64,000 nucleotides of DNA, taken from the human T2T-CHM13v2.0 reference genome, Homo sapiens. Location: NCBI RefSeq assembly GCF_009914755.1, contig NC_060941.1. One strand, written 5' to 3'. Below, in pieces: positions 1 through 12,387 of this stretch. The translations under genes were made by a program, and so were the position numbers. Position 1 is the stretch's first letter. Each line of letters begins with the position of its first letter. Below the pieces are notes generated by a model, which was not told the origin of the DNA, did no database searches, and saw nothing but the letters and a program-made list of their open reading frames with translations.

Positions 1-141
1 GAGCCCTCTGGGTAACTCTCATGTTCACCCAAGCTGCTGAACCCTGTCCTGGAGTTTTCAGAGGGACGCGTATGTGCCACAGAGCGTCCCGCTGGTGGGG
101 GTCATGGGAAGCCATGACCTGGGATAGACAGTCGTCTGTAG

Positions 142-1425
<1,284 letters not shown>

Positions 1426-1607
1426 TAGATTCGCCACCACTGGGCCTTGTTTTCCGCTAATTCCAGGGCAGATTCCAGGGCCCAGAGCTGGACAGACATC
1501 ACAGGATAACCCAGGCCTGGGAGGAGGCCCCACGGCCTGCTGGTGGGGTCTGACCTGGGGGGATTGGAGGGAAATGACCTGCCCTCCACCACCACCCAAA
1601 GTGTGGG

Positions 1608-1613
1608 ATTAAA
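1608..1613 (+). terminator. NAGLU: NAGLU poly(A) signal ATTAAA
   Basis: ATTAAA ~180 nt after the stop, followed by T-rich sequence; no AATAAA seen in between. Confidence 0.7.
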
Positions 1614-1759
1614 GTACTGTTTTCTTTCCACTTAAACTGATGAGTCCCCTGGGTCTGTCAAAATGAGAAGGTCACTGCTGCCACGCTTGGGAGGACTCAG
1701 GGCTATAGCATGGCCCTGGGGTGGGACCTGTTCTCCCATCCCTTGCCTCACGTCCCTGT

Positions 1760-2222
<463 letters not shown>

Positions 2223-2269
2223 CATGTCTCTCTTTTTAACACTAATGTTACCCTGACCTTTGAACGTAG

Positions 2270-3584
2270 AATGCCCTTCTGTTGCAGGAAAACCTCTTTT
2301 CAAACCATGTTTGTCCTTTGCTGGCATGCCACAGCAACAGTCACCAACACAGAAGACTTCTGTGACCAAATATTTGGAGGATTTTCCCCACACACACCAA
2401 GCAGCAGACATCAGCTGGGTGTCCTCCAATTCAGTTCCAATGTAATCAACCAGAGACAGCATCAGATCCCACAGGGTTAGGGTGCAGATCCATGAGACCA
2501 CCCCCTCCTTCCCAACGGTTACAAGTCCTGATCCCTGGAACTTCTGACTAACTGGCTTCAAGTTGGAGTTCCCATGACCCCCTTCCCCTCTTTGGAGTCA
2601 ACTCATTTGCGACAGTGACCCACGAAACACAGGGAAACCCTTATTATGTTTATTGCTTTATTACAGAGGAAAAAAATTTTTTTCTTTCTTTTTTGAGACA
2701 GGGTCTCACTCTGTCATCCAGAATGACTGCAGTGGCAGGATCTGGCTCCGTCACCCAGGCTGGAGTGCAGTGGCATGATCTCGGCTCACTACAGCCTCCA
2801 TCCCCCCCAAACCCCACGCCTCAGCGCCCCACCCCGCAAGTGGCTGGGACTCTAAGCATACACCACCACACCCAGCTAATTTTTTTGTAGTTTTTGCAAA
2901 GACGGGGTCTCATTCTGTTGCCCTGGCTGGTCTTGAACTCCTGAGCTCCAGCAATCCCCTTGTCTTGGCCTCCCAAAGTGCTGGGATTACAGGCATCAGC
3001 CACCGTGCCCAACCTCAAAGGATATTTTAAAGGATAGAAATAAACAGCCATATGAAGAGATACAGACAGGGCGGTCTGGAAGGGCCCAGAGCAGGAGCTT
3101 CTATCTCCATAGAGTTGGGGTTACATCACCCTCCAGGCACATGGATGAGTTCTTCACCTTCTGTCAGCCTCCACACGTTCAGCTCTCAGAAGCTTCCCGA
3201 ACCCTGTCCTTTGGGCCTTTTATGGAGAACTCCATTGGCTGTCCATGACTGAAGCATGGACAACTGTGATAATGTGATTGGGCAAAAAGGGTCTGATCTA
3301 AGCCCAGCAAGGCCAGTCCAGATTCTTCGGGCCTTTGTGCAGCATTCCTTTCTCCAGGGTATGGGGCAAGGACCCACTCTGGAATGAGGATCCTACAACC
3401 CACAATCAGATTAGAGTCCTGCCTTGGGCAGCTGAAAAGAGGACAGGAGAAGGTCAAAGAGAGGAAAGGCTGTTTTTTGAGGCCTGAGGCGCCCCAACAT
3501 GACAACGAAAGACTGTAACCATGGTCATGTGAGTTATGAGCTAGGAACCCTGGACGAAACCAACACATATACAATCATCTCCCA
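2270..3584 (-). mobile_element. MER21-family ERV LTR, interrupted by an antisense Alu (~2675-3012)
   Basis: By-eye match to MER21 motifs (accaacacagaagacttctgtgaccaaa, cagctgggtgtcctccaattcag, aaaggatattttaaaggata). LTR 5' end reads tatatgtgttggtttcgtccagggttcctagctcataactc on the minus strand. Confidence 0.75.
3440..3456 (+). promoter_or_regulatory. DR5 nuclear-receptor (RAR/RXR) element, pseudogene copy
   Basis: AGGACA-ggaga-AGGTCA, identical to the element at 9611-9627. Confidence 0.6.
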
Positions 3585-3951
3585 CCTCCCAACACCTTTA
3601 CTTTCACAGCCTCTGCAGCAAACTGCGGTCACTATAATCGCTCCTGTGGCACAGAGGCATACCCAGGGGAATCTGCCCAGGGGGCCACTCTGTGCCCACA
3701 TGGGAACCCACGTCTGCTTGTAAAGCCTCCCCTCCCTCTGACCAGAAACGAGGACAGTTTGTTGTTCCAAGCAGTGGGCTCATGTCTGTTTTGGCTCAGA
3801 ACAGGGTGGGGAGAGCGGGCCAGGGACCCGCAGGAGGGCTTATCCTTGAGATTGCGTGGGAGACACAACAAGGGGTGGGGGCCCGCAGGCGGGGCGGGGC
3901 GAAGCAGGTGATATCCAGCCCAGAGCCCCAGCCTCTCCCCACAGTCTCACC

Positions 3952-5996
3952 ATGGCCTGCACCGTGGTGCTCATCACCGGCTGTTCCTCAGGTATTGGCC
4001 TGCACTTGGCAATACATCTGGCTTTGGACCCATCCCAGAGCTTCAAAGGTATAGATAGGTAGGGACAGGGAGGGAGAGAAGGGAAAAGCCCTTGGAGGCC
4101 AGAAGAGAAGTCAGATCTTCCTCCTCTCCCAAAACCTCCAGTGTATGCCACGTTGAGGGACCTGAAAACACAGGGCCGGCTGTGGGAGGCGGCCCGGGCC
4201 CTGGCATGCCCTCAGGGATCCCTGGAGAGGTTGCAGCTGGATGTAAGGAACTCAAGCTCCCTGGCCGCTGCCCGGGAACGCGTGACCGAGGGCCGTGTGG
4301 ATGTGCTGGGTGAGCCTCCTGGAAGCATATGGGCTCCTAGGAGCCTTCTCCGCCCTGCGTTGAAACCAACATGTCCCCAGGCCCCTGGAGCATGAGGGGA
4401 CAGGCCGTGCTGAGGGTGATGCTGAGGCGGGCTGGTTGGGCCTCTGTCCCCGCAGTGTGTAACACAGGCCTGGGCCTGCTGGGGCCGCTGGGGGAGGACG
4501 CCGTGGCCTCTGTACTGGATGTGAATGTAGTAGGTACTGTGCGGGTGCTGCAGGACTTCCTGCCAGACATGAAGCGGCCGGGTTCGGGACGCGTGTTGGT
4601 GACTGGGAGCATGGGAGGATTGATGGGTGAGTGGCAGGGACCGGGCCCCGGAGCTCCAGATTCTTTGTGTGCAGAGCTGAGCCTTGAAGGCAGGCTCCTT
4701 AGGGGGTGGGGTGCAATCAGCTTGGAGGGGCACTGCCTGCCGGGGGATGACCCCCTGGCCGCTGCGCCTCAGGAACCTCATCTTCCCACCCAAGGGCTGC
4801 CTTTCAATGACGTTTATTGCGCCAGCAAGTTCGCGCTCGAAGGCTTATGCGAGAGTCTGGCGGTTCTGCTGCTGCCCTTTGGGGTCCAGTGAGTCAACAC
4901 CCCCGTCTCCTCAACCCTCTTAACTCTGACCTAGAGATGCCGAGCACCCTGTCCTGCGGAAGCCGCTCTGGTCTCTGCCCGGCTTACATTTGCTGCGTGC
5001 CAGGCACTTAGGCTGGAGCATTGGCACGCATTGTGCCACTTGCTGACCTGGCTGCTGAAGTGTTGGTATTGTTATGGGGAAGCTCCAGCCAAGAGAGGTT
5101 AGGTGACTGGCCCAAGGTCATGCAGCGGCCGGGGATCCCGCCAGGTTCGAATTCTGACACCAGGGCTACCTGGCAGCCTCAGATGGGTTTGGGAGGGCTG
5201 TCGAGCAATAACCCGCTATTCAAATGTTCTGGTTATCCCCAGCGCTCTTTCCACCTTCGGGACGCAGCGGTGCTGTTCTGGGTCGTGGCCAGGGCCGGGG
5301 TCGGGGCCGGTGCTGGGGCAGGAGATGGGACTTGGCGCCTGGGTCGCCTCCGTCCCTGCCCACTTGCGGCTCTCGGGCCAGCAGCGTGAGCCTGATCGAG
5401 TGCGGCCCTGTGGACACCGCCTTCATGCAGAAGGTGTTGGGCGGTCCCGACCAGGTGATGGACCGCACGAACACCCGGACCTTCCGCCTCTTGCACTAAT
5501 ACCTCCACCACAGCAAGGAGATCTACCGCGAGGAGGCGCAGCACCCTGAGGAGGTGGTGAAGGTGAGCGGGGGGCGGGACTCCGGGAGCGGGGGCGGTGC
5601 GTCGTCCTGCGCGCAGCCGGGGCCAGAGCTCCTCTCCCGCCGCCGCAGGTCTTCCTCACCGCTATGCGCGCCCCGAAGCCGACCCTGCGCTACTTCACAA
5701 CCAGGCGCTTCCTGCACCAGCTGCTGATGCGCCTGGACGACCCCTTTGGCTTCGACTACGCCGCCGCCATGCACCGGGACGTGTTCGCCGACGATCCCGC
5801 AGAGGCCGAGGCTGGGGCCGGGGCTGGGGCCGAGGCCGGGGGCGGGGCCGGTGGGATGGGAGACCCTGAGCTCAGCGATCCTCTGGCCGCCCCGCAAGAA
5901 AGGCTCCGTCAGCCACTGTCTCCCGCGCCCTCCTTTGTCTCCTGGGCCTGTGCGGTCCCTGGGGATGGGACGGCGGTGACGGCTGTGGATGGCTAA
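3952..5996 (+). pseudogene. HSD17B1P1: 17beta-hydroxysteroid dehydrogenase type 1 duplicated pseudogene
   Basis: Six exons with GT-AG sites: 3952-4048, 4142-4309, 4456-4626, 4795-4888, 5385-5562, 5649-5996. Premature TAA at 5497-5499 (CAA in HSD17B1), 9-nt in-frame deletion in exon 3, and GAA at the position of the HSD17B1 stop. Confidence 0.96.
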
Positions 5997-6036
5997 TTAA
6001 GACAGATCACGTTAGCCCGTTATATCTGCGCGGCTA

Positions 6037-6162
<126 letters not shown>

Positions 6163-6547
6163 TTAGCACAGTGGCACCATTCCTTGAGCTCAGGAGTTGG
6201 AGGCTGCAGTGGGCATGATCGAGCTACTGCTCTCCAGCTTGGGCGATAGAGTGAGACACTGTCAATTAATTAATCTAATCAACCAACCAACCCAACAACC
6301 CAGAAACCAAGGTCCAGAAAGAAGCCAGCCCAGGATCATGCCTCAAGTCCACAGTAAAGCCCAGACACAGTCACTGGATACCCAAGGGGCATCTGCAGGA
6401 CGAGTTAGGTGGGACTTGGGTTGGGGTAGAGTCAGGTTGTGACCTGCACTCCATTAGCCATGAGACCTCAGGCAAGTTCCTTGCTTTCTCTGAGTGCTTT
6501 CCTTTCCTTTCCCTTTTCTTTTCTTTTTTGTTTTTCTTTTGTTTTGA

Positions 6548-6682
<135 letters not shown>

Positions 6683-7949
6683 TAGTAGAGACGAGGTTTC
6701 TCCATGTTGGTCAGACTGGTCTTGGACTCCCGACCTCAGGTGATCCGCCCGCCCTGGCCTCTCAGAGTGCTGGGATTACAGGCATGACCCACCCCATCCG
6801 GCCCTCTGAGTCTTTCTTATCTGTAAAATGGGTATAATAATACCTATCTAATCGGTTTTAGTAATGGTGGAGATAATGCCTGAAAGTGCTAGTATAGAGG
6901 TTTAATAGCCAGCAAGGACTGTTATTAGAATGAATAGTAATATGACTACTGTCACATTTTGCAAATGTGTAAAGAAGAAAGAGGGCTAAGTGAATCAAAG
7001 GGAGACAGCCCCACTCACCCTGTTCTGCCCCAGAGGACTGAGCGATCCCCACCATCTGGCAAGCTGCCTCACCAGGAGGTCCAGCTGGGGCTACAGGACT
7101 GGCTACTTTGCTACAATGGCCTGTCTTTCCTGAGCCCAGTGGAGGGTCCCAGGGGGGCAGGAGTCATTGATAGGGGCCAGTAGGGTTGTAGAGCCACTGT
7201 CTGAACTTCTGTGGAGGTCTGGTGCAGGGGAGGTGTGAACAGATAGGAGGCTAGGTGAGGATGCAGCAGAGGAAGGGGGCAGGAGTGCCCCAGGAGGGGG
7301 CGGTACCGAGGCAGGGATTCAGCTGGGTCTGAGAGGGAGGCAAGGCTGAGGGGGATGGCCCTTTGGAGTGGGCAGGGACATGACCACAGAAAGCCTGGGA
7401 AGTGGAAACAGACAGGAGCCTGCTGGAGCTCTTGGAGCTTTGTGTGGGGCACTGGGGGAAGGAGGCAGGCACTCCACCCTGACCTGCCCCTACCTCTGGA
7501 TGAGGGTCTTCTCTGCCTGTTGGATGATGTGCTGCCCCTGCTCTTGGAGGAAGAGGCCTCCCAGCCACCCCCTCCTGCCAGTCGCCCTGACCTGCTGACC
7601 CAGACAGATCTGCTATCCCTACAGCATCCAGGAAGGCCACAGGGAGGGGGCCCAGGTGGCATGGGTTTCTGAGGCCTGGGATCTGCTCTCAGTCCCGCTC
7701 TCGCCAACCCCCTTTGCCCCTCTGTGACAGTGTGTGTACATATGCGTGCATGTGTGTACCTGTGTGGTGTGGCTCACAAGGTCACCCCTGGGGGTGGGAT
7801 AATAAGAGGTAAAGTGTGACCCCCTCTCTTCCGTACATTCATTTTTTCAAGCTTGTGAATATTCACATTGTTAATATAATCTTCTGCAGTCCCATGACTT
7901 CGAATAGCACTTAGATGCCGATGACCCCCCCACCAAAGAAACCCCACTG

Positions 7950-8345
7950 TCTCCCACAGACTCCAGGTCTGTATCTCCAACTGCCTACTCAATACAACAC
8001 GTCCACCTGATACAATGAACTTAATGTGTCTAAACCCCAATTCCACATTTCCAGTCCTCCTACCGGCTCCTCCCCCAGTCTTCTCTACTTTACTATATGA
8101 CAACTCCATTTTTCCCAATACTGGTTTTAAAAACCCTGGAGTAGTCCTTGACTCCAGTCTCTCTCACCTTTCAACCAATTCAGCAGCAAATACTGACAGC
8201 TCTACCTTTGCTCATCAAAGCATATCCCCAAATCACCCTATTCCAGACTGCACACTGTCATCTCTCCCTTCAATTACAGCAGTAGCCTCCTAACTAGTTT
8301 TCTTGATTCCACTCTTGCCCATCAGCAGTGAAATTACCCCAGAGC
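7950..8345 (+). mobile_element. L2 fragment (duplicated at ~14180-14575)
   Basis: ctccaggtctgtatctccaactgcctactc...aacttaatgtgtctaaa resembles the L2 3' region. Confidence 0.65.
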
Positions 8346-8363
8346 AGTTAAAATGATCTTTTA

Positions 8364-8948
<585 letters not shown>

Positions 8949-9201
8949 TCAAAAATAAAAAAAAGCCTGGGAAACAAAGTGAGACCCCGTCTCTACAAAA
9001 AAGTCAAAAAATTAGCTGGGTATGGTGGCAGTGATGGCACACACCTGTAGTCCCGGCTACTTGGGAAGCTTTTTAATATTTTTTGCAGAGACCGGGTCTC
9101 ACTCTGTTACCTGGCCTGGTCTTGAACTCCTGGGCTCCAACAATCCCCTTTCCTGGGCCTCCCAAAGTGCTGGGATTACAGGCATGAGCCACCGTGCCCA
9201 G

Positions 9202-9755
9202 CCTCAAAGCATATTTTAAAGGATAGAAATAAACAGCCATATGAAGAGATACAGACAGGGCGGTCTGGAAGGGTCCAGAGCAGGAGCTTCTATCTCCATA
9301 GAGTTGGGGTTACGTCACCCTCTGGGCACATTCTGTCAGCCTCCACACGTTCAGCCCTCAGAAGCTCCCGAACCCTGTCCTTTGGGCCTTTTATGGAGAA
9401 CTCCATTGGCTGTCCATGACTGAAGCATGGACAACTGTGATAATGTGATTGGGCAAAAAGGGTCTGATCTAAGCCCAGCAAGGCCAGTCCAGATTCTTTG
9501 GGCCTTTGTGCAGCATTCCTTTCTCCAGGGTATGGGGCAAGGACCCACTCTGGAATGAGGATCCTACAACCCACAATCAGATTAGAGTCCTGCCTTGGGC
9601 AGCTGAAAAGAGGACAGGAGAAGGTCAGAGAGACGAAAGGCTGTTTTTTGAGGCCTGAGGCACCCCAACATGACAACGTAAGACTGTAACCATGGTCATG
9701 TGAGTTATGAGCTAGGAACCCTGGACGAAACCAGCACATATACAATCATCTCCCA
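9202..9755 (-). mobile_element. MER21-family LTR 5' portion forming the HSD17B1 upstream enhancer region
   Basis: Near-identical to 3013-3584. Confidence 0.75.
9611..9627 (+). promoter_or_regulatory. HSD17B1: DR5 retinoic acid response element of HSD17B1
   Basis: AGGACA-N5-AGGTCA ~500 nt upstream of the ATG, consistent with the known retinoic-acid-responsive HSD17B1 enhancer. Confidence 0.75.
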
Positions 9756-10004
9756 CCTCCCAACGCCTTTACTTTCACAGCCTCTGCAGCAAACTGCGGT
9801 CACTATAATCGCTCCTGTGGCACAGAGGCATACCCAGGGGAATCTGCCCAGGGGGCCACTCTGTGCCCACGTGGGAACCCACACCTGCTTGTAAAGCCTC
9901 CCCTCCCTCTGACCAGCAACCAGGACAGTTTGTTGTTCCAAGCAGTGGGCTCATGTCTGTTTTGGCTCAGAACAGGGTGGGGAGAGCGGGCCAGGGACCC
10001 GCAG

Positions 10005-10122
10005 GAAGGCTTATCCTTGAGATTGCGTGGGAGACACAACAAGGGGTGGGGGCCCGCAGGCGGGGCGGGGCGAAGCAGGTGATATCAAGCCCAGAGCCCC
10101 AGCCTCTCCCCACAGTCTCACC
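10005..10122 (+). promoter_or_regulatory. HSD17B1: HSD17B1 proximal promoter (GATA-like site, GC boxes, TATA-like GATATCAA)
   Basis: cttatc at ~10010, ggcggggcggggcg at 10059-10072, gatatcaag at 10081-10089, good Kozak accATGG. Confidence 0.7.
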
Positions 10123-12127
10123 ATGGCCCGCACCGTGGTGCTCATCACCGGCTGTTCCTCGGGCATCGGCCTGCACTTGGCCGTACGTCTGGCTTCAGAT
10201 CCATCCCAGAGCTTCAAAGGTATAGATAGGCAGGGACAGGGAGGGAGAGAAGGGAGGAGCCCTTGGAGGCCAGAAGGGAAGTCAGATCTTCCTCCTCTCC
10301 CAAAACCTCCAGTGTATGCCACGTTGAGGGACCTGAAAACACAGGGCCGGCTGTGGGAGGCGGCCCGGGCCCTGGCATGCCCTCCGGGATCCCTGGAGAC
10401 GTTGCAGCTGGACGTAAGGGACTCAAAATCCGTGGCCGCTGCCCGGGAACGCGTGACTGAGGGCCGCGTGGACGTGCTGGGTGAGCCTCCTGGAAGCATA
10501 TGGGCTCCTAGGAGCCTTCTCCGCCCTGCGTTGAAACCAACATGTTCCCAGGCCCAGGGAGCACGAGGGGACAGGCCGTGCTGAGGGTGATGCTGAGGCG
10601 GGCTGGTCGGGCCTCTTGTCTCCGCAGTGTGTAACGCAGGCCTGGGCCTGCTGGGGCCGCTGGAGGCGCTGGGGGAGGACGCCGTGGCCTCTGTGCTGGA
10701 CGTGAATGTAGTAGGGACTGTGCGGATGCTGCAGGCCTTCCTGCCAGACATGAAGAGGCGCGGTTCGGGACGCGTGTTGGTGACCGGGAGCGTGGGAGGA
10801 TTGATGGGTGAGTGGTAGGGAGTGGCCTCGGCAGCTCCAGATTCTTTGTGTGCGGAGCTGAGCCTTGAAGGCAGGTTCCGCGGGGGGGGTGGAGTGGGGT
10901 GCCGTCAGCTTGGAGGGGCACCGTCTGCCCGGGGATGACCCCCTGGCCGCTGCGCCTCAGGAACCTCGTCTCCCCACCTAAGGGCTGCCTTTCAATGACG
11001 TTTATTGCGCCAGCAAGTTCGCGCTCGAAGGCTTATGCGAGAGTCTGGCGGTTCTGCTGCTGCCCTTTGGGGTCCAGTGAGTCAACACCCCCGTTCCCCG
11101 AACCCTCTTAACTCTGACCTAGAGACGCCGAGCACCCTGTCCTGCGGGAGCCGCTCTGGGGCGATCTCCCTGGCCCTCTCTGCCCGGCTCACATTAGCTG
11201 TGTGCCAGGCACTTGGGCTGGGCGCATGGCACGCATTGTGCCACCTGCTGACCTAGCTGCTGAAGTGTTGGTATTGTTATGGGGAAGCTCCAGCCCAGAG
11301 AGGTTAGGTGACTGGCCCAAGGTCACACAGCGGCCAGGGACCCCGCTAGATTCGAATCCTGACACCAGGGCTCCCTTGTAGCCTCAGATGGATTTGGGAG
11401 GGCTGCTCCGGCAGGAACCCGCGTTTCAAATGTTCTGGTTATCCCCAGCGCCCTTTCCGCCTCACTTCCCAGCGCAGCGGTGCTGCTCGCGGTCGGGGGC
11501 CGGGACGTGGTTGGGGCTGGGACTGGGGTTGGGGCTGGGACTGGGGCCTGGCTGGCGTCCGCCCCCTCCCACTCGTTGCTCTCCGGCCAGCAGCTTGAGC
11601 CTGATCGAGTGCGGCCCAGTGCACACCGCCTTCATGGAGAAGGTGTTGGGCAGCCCAGAGGAGGTGCTGGACCGCACGGACATCCACACCTTCCACCGCT
11701 TCTACCAATACCTCGCCCACAGCAAGCAAGTCTTTCGCGAGGCGGCGCAGAACCCTGAGGAGGTGGCGGAGGTGAGCGCCGGGCTGGACTCCAGGAGTGG
11801 GGGCGGTGCGTCCTCCGGCGCGCAGCGGTGGCCACAGCTCTCCTCCCGCCGCCGCAGGTCTTCCTCACCGCTTTGCGCGCCCCGAAGCCGACCCTGCGCT
11901 ACTTCACCACCGAGCGCTTCCTGCCCCTGCTGCGGATGCGCCTGGACGACCCCAGCGGCTCCAACTACGTCACCGCCATGCACCGGGAAGTGTTCGGCGA
12001 CGTTCCGGCAAAGGCCGAGGCTGGGGCCGAGGCTGGGGGCGGGGCCGGGCCTGGGGCAGAGGACGAGGCCGGGCGCGGTGCGGTGGGGGACCCTGAGCTC
12101 GGCGATCCTCCGGCCGCCCCGCAGTAA
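10123..12127 (+). CDS. HSD17B1: 17beta-hydroxysteroid dehydrogenase type 1 (estradiol 17-beta-dehydrogenase 1), 328 aa
   Basis: Exons 10123-10219, 10313-10480, 10628-10807, 10983-11076, 11594-11771, 11858-12127 sum to 987 nt. SDR motifs [12 protein letters not shown], catalytic S and YCASK; ends GDPPAAPQ*. Confidence 0.99.
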
Positions 12128-12381
12128 AGGCTTCCTCAGCCGCTGTCTCCCGCGCCCTTCTTTGTCCCCTGGGTCTGTGTGGTCCCTGGGGATGGGGCGG
12201 CGGTAGCAGCTGTGGGTGGCTAATTAAGATAGATCGCGTTAGCCAGTTTTACCAGCGCAGCTAGGCGCGATGGCTGTCGCCTGTAATGCCAGCGCTTTGG
12301 GAGGCGGAGGCAGGAGGATCGCTCAAGCCCCGGAGTTGGAGACCAGCCAGAGCAACACAGTGAGACCCCCATCTCTACAAA

Positions 12382-12387
12382 AATAAA
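12382..12387 (+). terminator. HSD17B1: HSD17B1 poly(A) signal inside an Alu A-rich linker
   Basis: First AATAAA after the stop, within the Alu at ~12260-12500; implies a ~1.3-kb mRNA. Confidence 0.65.

Noticed and set aside
10027-10122. In-frame GTG-initiated N-terminal extension of HSD17B1
   Set aside because: It lies in the proximal promoter upstream of the major start region; the ATG at 10123 has a strong Kozak context, and nothing supports use of the GTG.
11388-12206. 272-aa alternative-frame ORF over HSD17B1 exons 5-6
   Set aside because: Low-complexity translation of a CpG island spanning introns; not preserved as one ORF in the paralogous copy.
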